Of a stretch of DNA of 64,000 nucleotides, positions 1 through 9,665 are shown in pieces. The translations under genes and the position numbers were made by a program. Positions within the stretch are counted from its first letter, which is position 1; each line of letters opens with the position of its first letter. The stretch comes from Gammaproteobacteria bacterium (GTDB lineage: Bacteria > Pseudomonadota > Gammaproteobacteria > Pseudomonadales > Halieaceae), in assembly GCA_030428835.1 (NCBI GenBank), contig JAUIEP010000006.1:3193-67192 (forward strand), written 5' to 3'. The notes beneath the pieces are model-generated. The model ran no database searches. It saw nothing but the letters and a program-made list of their open reading frames with translations, and had not been told where the DNA came from.

Positions 1-1102
1 ACATGGTCTGTAATCCATACTTGCCGCCGGTGCGTTCGAGTTCGTGCAGCAGCGTCGTCATCAGCTTGGTGCCCGTGGCGCCCAGGGGGTGGCCCAGTGC
101 GATCGCGCCGCCGTTCACGTTGGTCTTCTCGATCGGGTAGCCGGTCTCGGCCAGCCATGCCATGGGCACGGAGGCGAAGGCTTCGTTGATTTCAACAAGG
201 TCGATGTCGTCGAGTTTCATGCCCGACTTTTTCATCGCGTGTGCCGTTGCCGGGATGGGTGCGGTGAGCATCCAGATCGGGTCCTCGGCGCGCACGCTCA
301 TGTGGACGATGCGGGCGCGCGGTGTCAGGTCGTAGCGCTTGAGCGCGTCCTCGGAGACGATGAGCATGGCGGAGGAGCCGTCGCAGGTCTGGCTGGAGAC
401 GGCCGCCGTGATGGTGCCGCCCTCGGCCAGCGGTTCCAGTTCCGCCATCTTTTCCATGGATGTGTTGCGCGGGGTCTCATCCATGGCCACGCCGTTCAGG
501 GGTTCGATCTCCTTGTCGAAGCGGCCTTCCTCGATGGCCTTGAGCGCGCGCGTGTGAGACTGCAGCGCGAACGCCTCCATCTGCTCGCGGGAGAAGCCCC
601 ACTTGTCGGCGATCATCTGCGCCGAGGCGAACTGCGACGGCGGCGTGGCGCCGTAGCGCGCCACCCAGCCCTGGCTGCCGGAGAAGGGATCGGGGAAGCC
701 CATGGGCTGCGCGGCCAGCATGGCCGAGGAAATGGGGATCTGGGTCATGGTCTGCACACCGCCCGCGACGACCACGTCGTTGACGCCGGCCATAACGGCC
801 TGCGCCGCGAAGTGCACGGCCTGCTGCGAGGAACCGCACTGCCGGTCGATGGTGGTGCCCGGCACGAGGTCGGACAGCCCAGCCGCGAGCCAGCAGGTGC
901 GCGCGATGTCACCGGCCAGCGGACCGATGGTGTCCACGCAACCGAACATGACGTCGTCGTACTCGCTGTCGGGAATGTTGTTGCGCTCGACCAGGGTCTT
1001 CAGCACGTGGGCGCCGAGGTCGGCGCCGTGGACGTCCGAGAGGCCGCCCTTGCGCCGCCCCGTGGGGGAACGTACTGCGTCTACTATGTATGCTGCTGGC
1101 AT
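1..1102 (-). CDS. fadA6: Acetyl-CoA acetyltransferase (thiolase), FadA6-like; 3' end runs off the window
   Basis: Not in the ORF track (no stop in window). Manual translation from ATG at 1102: [22 protein letters not shown]...[19 protein letters not shown]...[17 protein letters not shown], showing the thiolase catalytic Cys and GHP motifs. Last gene of the ipd cluster. Confidence 0.85.
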   Translation of the reverse strand, partial: MPAAYIVDAVRSPTGRRKGGLSDVHGADLGAHVLKTLVERNNIPDSEYDDVMFGCVDTIGPLAGDIARTCWLAAGLSDLVPGTTIDRQCGSSQQAVHFAAQAVMAGVNDVVVAGGVQTMTQIPISSAMLAAQPMGFPDPFSGSQGWVARYGATPPSQFASAQMIADKWGFSREQMEAFALQSHTRALKAIEEGRFDKEIEPLNGVAMDETPRNTSMEKMAELEPLAEGGTITAAVSSQTCDGSSAMLIVSEDALKRYDLTPRARIVHMSVRAEDPIWMLTAPIPATAHAMKKSGMKLDDIDLVEINEAFASVPMAWLAETGYPIEKTNVNGGAIALGHPLGATGTKLMTTLLHELERTGGKYGLQTM

Positions 1103-1126
1103 TTTCTTTACCCTCCGTTCCAAACT

Positions 1127-1170
1127 CGTCGCCCCCGCAGTGGCGGACCACCGCTTTCGCGGGGACGACG
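1127..1170. repeat. REP-like palindromic element, copy 1 (CGTCGCCCCCGC...GCGGGGACGACG) with an inner GCGG/CCGC hairpin
   Basis: Inverted repeat read directly; same arms and same single mismatch as the copy at 3424-3455; intercistronic. Confidence 0.6.
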
Positions 1171-1190
1171 GAGTGTTGCTTCAAAGTTCC

Positions 1191-2237
1191 CTAACCAAAC
1201 GTGGCACCCGCACCCAGCGCCGCGCCCTCGGCGAAGATCCGCCCGGCGACGCGCGTCTTGTGCAGGCCCGCGTCGCCCCAGGTGTTGGCGAGCGCCCAGG
1301 CTTTCTTCATGTAAATGTGCAGGTCGACCTCCCAGGTGTAACCCATCGCGCCGTGCACCTGTATCGAGTTCTTCGCCGCCAGGTTGGCGGCCTCGCAGGC
1401 GACCAGCTTGGCGTGGGACACGGCGTGCGACGCGATTTCCTGGTTGTGCGCCACGGCGTAGGCCGCGCGGTGCACCGGCGCCTTCGCGTACTCCAGGCGT
1501 ACCGCCACGTTGGCCATGTGGTGCTTCACCGCCTGGAAGCTGCCGATGGGCTTGCCGAACTGCTGGCGCTCGCTGGTGTACTGCACGCTGATATCGACCA
1601 TGCGCTGGGCCAGGCCGAGTGCCTGCGCGGCCGCGCCGAGCGCGCCGCGGTTCAGCGCGCCCGCGACAAGGCAGCGCGCCTCTTCTCCTGCGGCGACGGT
1701 GGTCGCACCTGCGCCGAGCTCCACGGCGTAAAGCCTGCGCGAGGGGTCGACCGACGCGTTGTGGCGCAGGGTGACCTGCTCCTGCGTGGCCGCAACCAGT
1801 TTGTCGCCGTCCTCCAGCAACAGCAGGTCCGCGACGTGCGCATCTTCGACGAGCATGTTCTGTGCGATACCCACAATGACCTTCGCCTCGCCCGCCGCGA
1901 TTTTCGGCAGCCACCGGGCAGCAAGGTCGCCTCCGACCTGTTGCAGCAGCGGTACCGCGACCAGCGCGGTGTGCACCAGCGGCTCGGGCAACGCGACATA
2001 GCCGCACTCCTGCGCGAGCAGCACGAAGTCGAGTTCGTTCATGCCAAGGCCGCCGTGTTCCTCGGCGACGGTCATGCCGGTGAGGCCCAGCTCCGCGAGC
2101 TGCGCCCACAGGACGTCGTCGCGGCCGCTGTCGGACTCCCAGCTCGCGCGCACGCGCTCCGGCGTGACCTCGTTCGCGAGGAAGTCGCGAACGGAGTCCT
2201 GGAACAGCAGTTGATCTTCAGTAAACGTAAAGTCCAT
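1191..2237 (-). CDS. fadE32: Acyl-CoA dehydrogenase, FadE32-like subunit of a heteromeric steroid ACAD
   Basis: ACAD fold (QFGKPIGSFQAVKH, IQVHGAMGYTWE); SVDPSRRLY as recalled for mycobacterial FadE32; adjacent to a FadE31-like gene. Confidence 0.75.
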   Translation of the reverse strand: MDFTFTEDQLLFQDSVRDFLANEVTPERVRASWESDSGRDDVLWAQLAELGLTGMTVAEEHGGLGMNELDFVLLAQECGYVALPEPLVHTALVAVPLLQQVGGDLAARWLPKIAAGEAKVIVGIAQNMLVEDAHVADLLLLEDGDKLVAATQEQVTLRHNASVDPSRRLYAVELGAGATTVAAGEEARCLVAGALNRGALGAAAQALGLAQRMVDISVQYTSERQQFGKPIGSFQAVKHHMANVAVRLEYAKAPVHRAAYAVAHNQEIASHAVSHAKLVACEAANLAAKNSIQVHGAMGYTWEVDLHIYMKKAWALANTWGDAGLHKTRVAGRIFAEGAALGAGATFG

Positions 2238-2246
2238 GACCCTTTC

Positions 2247-3410
2247 CTAGCGCGGCATGCCGAGCATGCGTTCGGCGATGATGTTTCTCTGCACCTCATT
2301 CGTGCCCGCGTAGATCGGGCCGGACTGGGCGAACAACCAGCCGTCCAGCCAGGTGCCGACGCCGACCGCGTCCGGCGCATGGGGCAGGAGCTCCGCGCGC
2401 GCTCCCAGGATGCTCATGGCCGTGCCGTGCATGTTCTGGTCGAGCTCGGACCAGAAGATCTTGTTGGTGGAGGACTCCGCGCCGATCTTGCCGCCCTTGT
2501 TGAGCCGGCAGGCAGTCTGGTAGGTCGTGAGGCAGTAGCTCTCCGCGTCGAGGTAGGAGCGGATCACCGCGTCCCTGACCGACGGGTCGCGGTCCGCAGA
2601 TTCGCGGTTCTCGACATAGAGTTGCACGAGTCGCTTCGCGGTCTCCTGGAAACGCGCCGGGGAGCGCAGCATCAGGCCGCGCTCGAAACCGGCGGTCGCC
2701 ATGGCCACGCTCCAGCCGGCGCCCTCGTCACCGAGGCGGTTCTGAACCGCGACTTCCACGTTGTCGAAGAAGATCTCGGCGAAGCCGGGCAGGCCGTCGA
2801 GCTGCGGGATGGGCCGCACCGTGATGCCGGGACTGTCCAGCGGCACGAGGATGAACGTCAGCCCGCGATGACGCTCCGAATCCGGGTCGGTGCGGAACAT
2901 GCCGAAGCACCAGTCCGCCCACACCGCGCGGGTCGACCAGGTCTTCTGGCCGTTGATGATGTACTTGTCGCCCTCCAGCCGCGCGGTGGAGCGTATAGCC
3001 GCCATGTCGGAACCCGCGTTGGGCTCGGACCAGCCCTGCGCCCACACCTCCTCGCCCGTGGCCATCTTCGGCAGGATGCGCGCCTTCTGCTCGTCGGTAC
3101 CGTACTCCATGAGCGTCGGGCCGAGCAGGAAGATGCCGTTCTGGTTTACGCGCAGCGGTGCGCGCGCCTTGTAGTACTCCTCCTCGAAGACCAGCCACTC
3201 GATAAGGTCACAGCCGCGCCCGCCGAGCTCCTCGGGCCAGGTGACCATACCCCAGCGGCCCTCGTTGAGCTTTGCCTCCCACGCGCGGTGCTGTTTGAAA
3301 CCTTCCTCGGTGTCGAAGGTCTGCAGGGGCTCGGCGGGGACGTTGGCCGCGAGCCACGCGCGGATCTCTTCGCGGAAGGCTTTTTGTTGGTCTGTGTATG
3401 CTAAATCCAT
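2247..3410 (-). CDS. fadE31: Acyl-CoA dehydrogenase, FadE31-like
   Basis: WAQGWSEPNAGSD, NGQKTWS, LRSPARF, KIFWSELD, GPIYAGTNEVQRNIIAERMLG match recalled FadE31-type sequences. Confidence 0.8.
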   Translation of the reverse strand: MDLAYTDQQKAFREEIRAWLAANVPAEPLQTFDTEEGFKQHRAWEAKLNEGRWGMVTWPEELGGRGCDLIEWLVFEEEYYKARAPLRVNQNGIFLLGPTLMEYGTDEQKARILPKMATGEEVWAQGWSEPNAGSDMAAIRSTARLEGDKYIINGQKTWSTRAVWADWCFGMFRTDPDSERHRGLTFILVPLDSPGITVRPIPQLDGLPGFAEIFFDNVEVAVQNRLGDEGAGWSVAMATAGFERGLMLRSPARFQETAKRLVQLYVENRESADRDPSVRDAVIRSYLDAESYCLTTYQTACRLNKGGKIGAESSTNKIFWSELDQNMHGTAMSILGARAELLPHAPDAVGVGTWLDGWLFAQSGPIYAGTNEVQRNIIAERMLGMPR

Positions 3411-3423
3411 AGTGTTCTCACTC

Positions 3424-3455
3424 TCCGTCGCCCCCGCGCACGCGGGGACGACGGA
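3424..3455. repeat. REP-like palindromic element, copy 2 (15-bp stem)
   Basis: TCCGTCGCCCCCGCG-CA-CGCGGGGACGACGGA; the one mismatch becomes a G-U pair on the minus (mRNA) strand. Confidence 0.6.
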
Positions 3456-3482
3456 TGGGTGTCGTTCACACCCAACAGCTCC

Positions 3483-4241
3483 TTACTCCTCAAACTTCGC
3501 ATCCCGCTTCTGCACAAACGCATCGCGGGACTCCTGGGAGTCACCCATCGTGTAGGCCTCCAGCGTGAAGCCCTGCTCCCAGCGGTACTTGTCTTCCAGG
3601 TTGCCGTCCTCGATGCCGGTGAGGGCTTCCTTCGCGAGCTTCACCATGGCCGGGGATTTCTCCGCGATTTTGGCCGCGATCTCGAGCGCGGTCGTCAACA
3701 GTTCATCGCGCGGCACAACGCGCTCCACGGCGCCGAGGCGGTAGGCCTCCTGGGCATCGATGAACTCGCCGGTGAAGTACATGTAACGCACCTTCTGCAC
3801 GGGGAACATGCGCTGCAGGTGCGCGCCGCCGCCCATGGCGCCGCGGTCGATCTCCGGCACGCCGAAGCGCGCGCAATCGGAGCAGATGATGATGTCCGCC
3901 GCGCCCGCCATGCCGATACCACCGCCCAGCACGAAACTGTGCAAAGCGACGATCACCGGCTTCGGGTTGCGGTGGATGGCGCGGAAGGTCTCGTAGTTGC
4001 CCTTGTTCACGTCCACGATCTTCGCCGAGTCCGCCGCCAGCTCCTTGATGTCCACGCCGGCGCAGAAACCCTTGCCCGCCGCGGCTATAACGATCACGCG
4101 CACGTCATCGTTCGCGCCCAGCGCGTCGATCTCCTGCGCTATCGCGAACCAACCGGCGCTGTTGAATGCATTGACCGGCGGGTGGTCGAGGAGCATCTGC
4201 GCGATGCCGTTGTCGATGCTCGTCTTGAATGGCTTGCCCAT
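3483..4241 (-). CDS. echA20: Enoyl-CoA hydratase, EchA20-like
   Basis: Crotonase motifs (GFCAGVDIKE, GGGIG, FGVPE); PPVNA...WF and YRWEQGFTLE resemble EchA20; next to ipdABC. Confidence 0.8.
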   Translation of the reverse strand: MGKPFKTSIDNGIAQMLLDHPPVNAFNSAGWFAIAQEIDALGANDDVRVIVIAAAGKGFCAGVDIKELAADSAKIVDVNKGNYETFRAIHRNPKPVIVALHSFVLGGGIGMAGAADIIICSDCARFGVPEIDRGAMGGGAHLQRMFPVQKVRYMYFTGEFIDAQEAYRLGAVERVVPRDELLTTALEIAAKIAEKSPAMVKLAKEALTGIEDGNLEDKYRWEQGFTLEAYTMGDSQESRDAFVQKRDAKFEE

Positions 4242-4266
4242 GTGTCTGTCCTGTCTTCGAAAGTGG

Positions 4267-5343
4267 TTACGCGCCGGCTTCCTGCACCCGCATGGCGAGC
4301 AGCGCGAGCCGCTGTTCCGCCTCGGTCACGATGGACCCGATCAGCTGCTCACAGCTCAGCAGTTCATCGATCACCCCGGCCACCTGCCCCGATGGCAACA
4401 CACCGTGCGCGGGGTCGCCGTCGACCATCGCCTTCTGGATGATCATCGGCGCGTTGGCCGACATGATCGCCTGCGCCGCCGTCATCTCGTCGTCGCGGCT
4501 CATGGCGAGCGCCGACCTGAGCAGGCCCGTAATGCTGGCGCCCGTGTGTTTGCGAAAGGCGAGGCCGTTGCGCATCGCAATCAGCAGCTTCTGCAGCGGA
4601 CCGGCTTTTTCCAGTTCGGCCAACAACTCGTTCATGATCATGCGTTGCGGCAGTCCGTCCATGGCCTTCGAGACGATGATCTCGGCCGGGTTCTTGCAGT
4701 CGATGTAGCGCTGCAGCGTCTCGCGCGGCACCGGACTCTCCTGCGTCATTAAAAAGCGCGTGCCCATGGCGATGCCGTCGGCGCCCCAGGACAGCGCCGC
4801 GAGCAGGCCGCGGCCGTCCTTGAAACCACCGGCCGCTACCACCGGTACCTTGTCGCCCACCGCGTCGACCACCTGTGGAATCAGCAGCGTGGTCGGCACG
4901 GCCCCGGTGTGGCCGCCGCCCTCGCCGCCCTGCACGGTCACCACGTCGGCGCCCAGTTCCACCGCCTTGGTGGCATGCTTCGGCAGGCCCACGGTGGGCA
5001 TGCACACCACACCGGCGTCCTTCAACTTCTTGATGAATTCGGGACCGGGAGAACGCGAATAGCTCACCGCGCGCACGCCGTGCTCGATAACGAGTTCGAC
5101 GATGTGCGCCGCGTTGGGCTGGTACATGTGGAAGTTCACGCCGAAGGGTTTGTCGGTGAGTTCCTTCACACGCAGGATGTCGCGCTCCATCTCGCTCGCG
5201 GGAATGGTCGCGCCGGCAAGGAAGCCGAAGCCGCCGGCGTTGCAGCTGCCCGCCACGAGCTTCGGGTCGGCGACCCAGCCCATCGCGGTCTGTACGATGG
5301 GGTACTTGCAGCCGAGCAGTTCTGTCAGGCGTGTTTCCAGCAT
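4267..5343 (-). CDS. ipdC: IpdC-like flavin-dependent enoyl-CoA reductase (nitronate monooxygenase family)
   Basis: IVQTAMGWVA, VQGGEGGGHTG, AAGGFKDGRG, IAMGTRFL, GVLPSGQVAG; directly downstream of ipdAB. Confidence 0.8.
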   Translation of the reverse strand: MLETRLTELLGCKYPIVQTAMGWVADPKLVAGSCNAGGFGFLAGATIPASEMERDILRVKELTDKPFGVNFHMYQPNAAHIVELVIEHGVRAVSYSRSPGPEFIKKLKDAGVVCMPTVGLPKHATKAVELGADVVTVQGGEGGGHTGAVPTTLLIPQVVDAVGDKVPVVAAGGFKDGRGLLAALSWGADGIAMGTRFLMTQESPVPRETLQRYIDCKNPAEIIVSKAMDGLPQRMIMNELLAELEKAGPLQKLLIAMRNGLAFRKHTGASITGLLRSALAMSRDDEMTAAQAIMSANAPMIIQKAMVDGDPAHGVLPSGQVAGVIDELLSCEQLIGSIVTEAEQRLALLAMRVQEAGA

Positions 5344-5352
5344 GATGCGCCC

Positions 5353-6153
5353 CTAGGAACGGTCTCCGGGTGGATTGTCCTTGATCTGCGCCGCGCGCTG
5401 GTTGTGCGGGTCCAGCGCCGCGATGATATCGAGCTGCTCCTGCGTCGGCGCCGCGGTGGTCGCCACGTCACCGTCCACGTGCACCGGATAGCCCGTGTTC
5501 TCCTGCACCTGCTCCACCGTGATCCCGGGGTGCAGCGAAACCAGGCGGATCTGGTGCTGCGGGCCGCCGAAGTCCATGACGCACAGGTCGGTGATCACGA
5601 GGCGGATGTCCACGTCGTCGAGGCTGTGTCCCTTCGGCAACCGCGCCGGGTTGTAGCCGATCGAGGACACAAAATCGCACTCGCCGTCCATGAACACGCG
5701 CGTGTTGTGCGACGGCACAAAGAAGCTGTTGGGGTGCGAGATCGAGTTGCCGGGAAAGCCGCGCGCGCCCAGCATCATCACCTTGGGCTGCTCGTAGGTG
5801 CCGCCGAGCGCCGAGGTGTTGGACTGCCCGTACCGGTCGATCTGCGTCGGGCCGAGCATGGCGTGGCGCTTGCCGGACCACACATTGTCGAAGATGCGCG
5901 AGAAGCCCATCCAGCTCTCTGTAGCGGGCACGAAGGCGTCCGCACGCTTGCCGAGCGGATTGGGCTCGCTCAGCATCCACGCCTCGGAGTCCGTCATCAT
6001 GAGGTCGGGGTTGGTGGTCTTCATGGCGAGGCTCGCGGCCAGCCGCGGGATCACGCCGATGCCTGTGGCGAGCACCTCGCCGTCGTTCTCGAAGGCCCTG
6101 CTCGCGGCGACGATGCAGAGTTCGGCCAGGCTGTAGTCATTCGCTTGTGTCAT
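5353..6153 (-). CDS. ipdB: IpdB, CoA-transferase-fold beta subunit (steroid C-ring hydrolase)
   Basis: QIDRYGQSN, GARGFPGNSISH, DFGGP...SLHPG match the recalled IpdB pattern. Confidence 0.85.
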   Translation of the reverse strand: MTQANDYSLAELCIVAASRAFENDGEVLATGIGVIPRLAASLAMKTTNPDLMMTDSEAWMLSEPNPLGKRADAFVPATESWMGFSRIFDNVWSGKRHAMLGPTQIDRYGQSNTSALGGTYEQPKVMMLGARGFPGNSISHPNSFFVPSHNTRVFMDGECDFVSSIGYNPARLPKGHSLDDVDIRLVITDLCVMDFGGPQHQIRLVSLHPGITVEQVQENTGYPVHVDGDVATTAAPTQEQLDIIAALDPHNQRAAQIKDNPPGDRS

Positions 6154-6174
6154 GGTCGTTACTCCTGGCGCGGG

Positions 6175-7050
6175 TCAGTAGGTGGGCAGTTCGATCGAGC
6201 GGATGGCGTCGAGCCCGCCCACGTTCTTCTGGTAGTCCTCTTCACTGGCCCCGAGGAACTGGTCGAGATAGCCCTGGATGCCGTTCTCCTCCTTCGCGGA
6301 GGCGGCGTAGGCCTTGAAGTGCGGCACGTCGAAGCCGTACAGCGGTGTGCAGGAACTCGGGTGGGCGCCACCGGGGATATGCACGACACCGGTGGTCGCG
6401 GAGCGCTCCCAGTGCACGAGGCGCGCCTCGGCGGGGTTGTGGAAGAACTCCGTCGGCACCAGTTCGTCGCAGGACACGAAGGTCTTCCCGGCCGCGCGGG
6501 CATACATGTCGTCCATGTAGTGATCGGGCCCCGCGATCTGGCACACGCCGCGCTTGTCGGCCCTGTCCACGTGGATCAGTGACACGTCGAGCCTGAGCGC
6601 CGGCATAGCCACCCACTCCTTGTCGTCGTAGGGGCTGTCGATCACCTTGATGGCCGGGTTCTTCGTGACGATATCCGTACCCAGGCCGACCTCGGTCGGG
6701 ATGTAGGGCAGGCCCCACGCCGCGGCCCGCAGGCCCAGCAACATCATACCTTCGTCGATCTCCATCACCTCGATGGCGCCGGTCTGGCGCGCGATGCGGA
6801 AATACGGCTCCAGCGGGATGAAGTCGAGGGAGACGAAAGCGAACACCACCTTCTTCACCTTGCCGGCGGCGCACAGCATGCCGACGTCGGCGCCGCCGTA
6901 GGACACGACGGTGAGTTCCTTGAGGTCCGAGCGCAGGATCTCGCGCACCAGCGCCATCGGCTTGCGCCGGGGGCCCCAGCCGCCGATGCCGATGGTCATG
7001 CCATCCTCGAGTTGGCTGACGACTTCCGCCGCCGTCATTTGCTTGTCCAT
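6175..7050 (-). CDS. ipdA: IpdA, CoA-transferase-fold alpha subunit
   Basis: GMTIGIGGWGPRRKPMALVR, GFVSLD-like FAFVSLD, DEGM, MPALRLD, PGGAH are characteristic of IpdA. Confidence 0.85.
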   Translation of the reverse strand: MDKQMTAAEVVSQLEDGMTIGIGGWGPRRKPMALVREILRSDLKELTVVSYGGADVGMLCAAGKVKKVVFAFVSLDFIPLEPYFRIARQTGAIEVMEIDEGMMLLGLRAAAWGLPYIPTEVGLGTDIVTKNPAIKVIDSPYDDKEWVAMPALRLDVSLIHVDRADKRGVCQIAGPDHYMDDMYARAAGKTFVSCDELVPTEFFHNPAEARLVHWERSATTGVVHIPGGAHPSSCTPLYGFDVPHFKAYAASAKEENGIQGYLDQFLGASEEDYQKNVGGLDAIRSIELPTY

Positions 7051-7074
7051 CTCTTGCTTCCTTCTGGTTGCCTG

Positions 7075-7539
7075 TTAGCTGACGATCCGCGCCATGCGGT
7101 AGTCGTGCTTGATGAAGTTCACGCCCAGGGTGCTCTGCGTGCCGCGCACCCCCTCGATCACGCTGATGCGCTTGTGTACGAAGCGCGCCAGGTGTTCGGC
7201 GTTGCGCACCATGGTGATGGCGAGGATGTCGGCACGGCCGAGCATCACGCCGACGAACCCGAGCTCGCTGATCCCCGCGAGTTGCTCCGCCACTTCCCGT
7301 GTCTGGTCGGAACGCTCGACCTCAATCCAGATATAGGCCAGGGCCGCGTCGCGAAAGCGCTCGATGTTGGTGACGGCGGTGAGGCGAATCTGCTTGTTCT
7401 CTTCCATCCGCTTCACCCGGGCGCGCACGGTGCCCTCGCTCACACCCAGCGCCTCCGCGATCTCGCGGTTCGACAGGCGCGCATCGCGCGACAGGTGTTC
7501 CACGATTGCCCTGTCGCAGTTGTCCAGTTCACGATGCAT
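7075..7539 (-). CDS. Lrp/AsnC family transcriptional regulator (second of a tandem pair)
   Basis: AsnC HTH: LDNCDRAIVEHLSRDARLSNREIAEALGVSEGTVRARVKRM; C-terminal RAM-like domain. Confidence 0.85.
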   Translation of the reverse strand: MHRELDNCDRAIVEHLSRDARLSNREIAEALGVSEGTVRARVKRMEENKQIRLTAVTNIERFRDAALAYIWIEVERSDQTREVAEQLAGISELGFVGVMLGRADILAITMVRNAEHLARFVHKRISVIEGVRGTQSTLGVNFIKHDYRMARIVS

Positions 7540-8017
7540 GAAACGGCACCCAGTCCGGCTGGTTCTTCAGGACATCCAGCGCCAGCGCGGGCGTCAGGCG
7601 GCGCACGCCCTCGATCCCGCCCAGCCTCGTACTGATGAGTTCGCCCAGGTGCGACTGGTCGCGCGCGACGACGAGGATCTCGATGTCCTGCGCCCCCACT
7701 ACCACGTTGACGGAAAACACCTCGGGGATCGCGGCCATGTCGCGCGCCACTTTCTCGGGCGCCCTGCCCTCCACCTGCACGCCGATGGCGAGCAGCATGC
7801 CGTAGCCGGCGGCCTCGATGTCGGTGACGGCCACGAGACGCATGGTGTCCGACTCCTCCATGCGCCGCACCCGCGCGCGCACCGTGTTCTCGGCGATGTC
7901 CAGCTCGCGCGCGATGGCGCGGTAGGGCATGCGGCCATCGAGGCGGAGCAGATCGATGATCGCCTGGTCGGTGTCGTCCAGGTCGATGTGGCGCGGCGTG
8001 TTGGCGAGGTCGTTCAC
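7529..8017 (-). CDS. Lrp/AsnC family transcriptional regulator (first of a tandem pair)
   Basis: AsnC HTH: LDDTDQAIIDLLRLDGRMPYRAIARELDIAENTVRARVRRM; GTG start 3 nt after the fadD3 stop; overlaps the next gene by 11 nt. Confidence 0.85.
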   Translation of the reverse strand: MNDLANTPRHIDLDDTDQAIIDLLRLDGRMPYRAIARELDIAENTVRARVRRMEESDTMRLVAVTDIEAAGYGMLLAIGVQVEGRAPEKVARDMAAIPEVFSVNVVVGAQDIEILVVARDQSHLGELISTRLGGIEGVRRLTPALALDVLKNQPDWVPFHAS

Positions 8018-8020
8018 GAC

Positions 8021-9589
8021 TCAGCCCCGCTCCTTCAGCAACGCCTTGTCGACCTTGCCGCCCGCGTTCATCGGCAGTTCGTCGAGGAACACGACGTGGC
8101 GCGGCACCTTGTAGTTGGCCATTTTCTCGCGGGACCAGGCGATCACCGCATCGGCCGCGATATCCGCGCCCGCGTCCTTCACGAGGTAGGCCTTCGCGAC
8201 CTCGCCCAGGCGCTCGTCGGGCACGCCCACCACGGCGGCGCGCTCGATGCCGGGCATGTCGCACAGCGCGTTCTCGATCTCCGCCGGGTAGCAGTTGAAG
8301 CCACCCACGATGAACATCTCCTTGAGGCGGCCGGTGATCTTCACGTAGCCGTCGTCGTCCATCGTCGCGATATCGCCCGTGCGCAGCCAGCCGTCGGGCG
8401 TGATTGTCCGGGCCGTCGCCTCCTCGTTTTCAAAGTAGCGCTGCATGACGTTGAAGCCGCGGCACCACAGTTCGCCGTCCTCTCCGCGCGGCACCTCGTG
8501 GCCGTCGGCGTCGACGCACTTGACCTCGACACCGTCCATCGCGCGACCGGAACTGTGGGAGATGCGCTCGGCGCTGTCCTCGGGCCGGCAAATGGACACC
8601 ACACCGCAGCTCTCGGTGAGTCCGTAGGCGGTGACGACGACCTCGAAACCGAGCTCCTCGCGCATCCGCCGCACCAGTTCCACGGGCACGGGCGCCGCGC
8701 CCGTGACCGCGAGGCGCAGGCTGGACAGATCGTGCTTGTCCCGCTCGGGATGGGCGAGCAGCGATTGGTAGATCGTCGGCGGGCCCGGGATCATCGAGAT
8801 GCGGTCGCGCGCGATCTGCGCCAGCACCTCGTCGAGGTCGAAGTTGCGCACCGGCAGGATGCAGGCGCCGCGGATGATCGCGGCCAGCCAGCCGGCCTTG
8901 TAGCCGAAGGAGTGGAAGAACGGGTTGATGATGAGGTAGTTGTCGTCGGCGCGCAGCCCGACGGTGTCGCTCCAGTTCTCGAAGGTGCGGATGTTCTGGC
9001 CGTGCGCGGTGACCACGCCTTTCGGGTTGCCCGTGGTGCCCGAGGTGAACAGGATGTCGAGCGAGTCGTCGGGCGTCAGGGCCGCTTCACGCGCCGCGAC
9101 CTCGGCGGCGTCCACCTGCGCACCCGCGGCGAGGAATTCCTCCCAGGACTCGCAACCGTCGGCACGGCCCTCCAGGCAGACGATGCGCTCCAGGCCCGGC
9201 AGTGACTGCCCTGCGAGCTGTTGCGGATAGTTCACGCCGAGGAAGTCGGCCACGGTAAAGAGCATGCGCGCACGGCTCGCGTTGAGCGCGTAGGCCGCCT
9301 CGCTGCCCTTGTAGCGGGTGTTCATCGGCACCAGCACGCCGCCGACGCTCTGGGCGCCGGTCGCGGCAACGATCCACTGGTACATGTTGGGCGCCCAGAT
9401 GCCGATACGATCGCCCGGGGCCAGGCCGGCGGCAATGAAGGCGCGGGCGGCCTCGACGCGGGCCGCATTGAGCTGGCTGTAGGTGAGGGTGACATCGCCA
9501 TCGCGGACAGCCACGCGCTCGCCGTGGGCGCTCGCCGCGGCGGCGACCACCTGCGGCAGTGTACGCGCGCGGTATGCCTGCTCTGTCAT
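8021..9589 (-). CDS. fadD3: Acyl-CoA synthetase, FadD3-like (HIP-CoA ligase)
   Basis: ILFTSGTTGNPKG, INPFFHSFGYKAG, PGPPTIYQSLL, TAYGLTE, GGFNCYPAEIE match recalled FadD3; cluster context. Confidence 0.8.
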   Translation of the reverse strand: MTEQAYRARTLPQVVAAAASAHGERVAVRDGDVTLTYSQLNAARVEAARAFIAAGLAPGDRIGIWAPNMYQWIVAATGAQSVGGVLVPMNTRYKGSEAAYALNASRARMLFTVADFLGVNYPQQLAGQSLPGLERIVCLEGRADGCESWEEFLAAGAQVDAAEVAAREAALTPDDSLDILFTSGTTGNPKGVVTAHGQNIRTFENWSDTVGLRADDNYLIINPFFHSFGYKAGWLAAIIRGACILPVRNFDLDEVLAQIARDRISMIPGPPTIYQSLLAHPERDKHDLSSLRLAVTGAAPVPVELVRRMREELGFEVVVTAYGLTESCGVVSICRPEDSAERISHSSGRAMDGVEVKCVDADGHEVPRGEDGELWCRGFNVMQRYFENEEATARTITPDGWLRTGDIATMDDDGYVKITGRLKEMFIVGGFNCYPAEIENALCDMPGIERAAVVGVPDERLGEVAKAYLVKDAGADIAADAVIAWSREKMANYKVPRHVVFLDELPMNAGGKVDKALLKERG

Positions 9590-9665
9590 GGATAAATCCC
9601 GCCTCGGTCGATTACTGCACCGGGAAGCGATGATAGGCGGGAATTATTCACAGTGGAAGCGTTTT

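Noticed and set aside
7075-8017. Tandem AsnC-like genes as siroheme decarboxylase AhbAB/NirDLGH
   Set aside because: Canonical DNA-binding HTHs, no HxYxR-type motif, and no heme d1 or Ahb genes nearby.
44-9205. Long + strand ORFs (44-1591, 702-3404, 4909-6582, 7364-9205)
   Set aside because: Antisense shadows of well-supported minus-strand genes in high-GC DNA; no recognisable domains.
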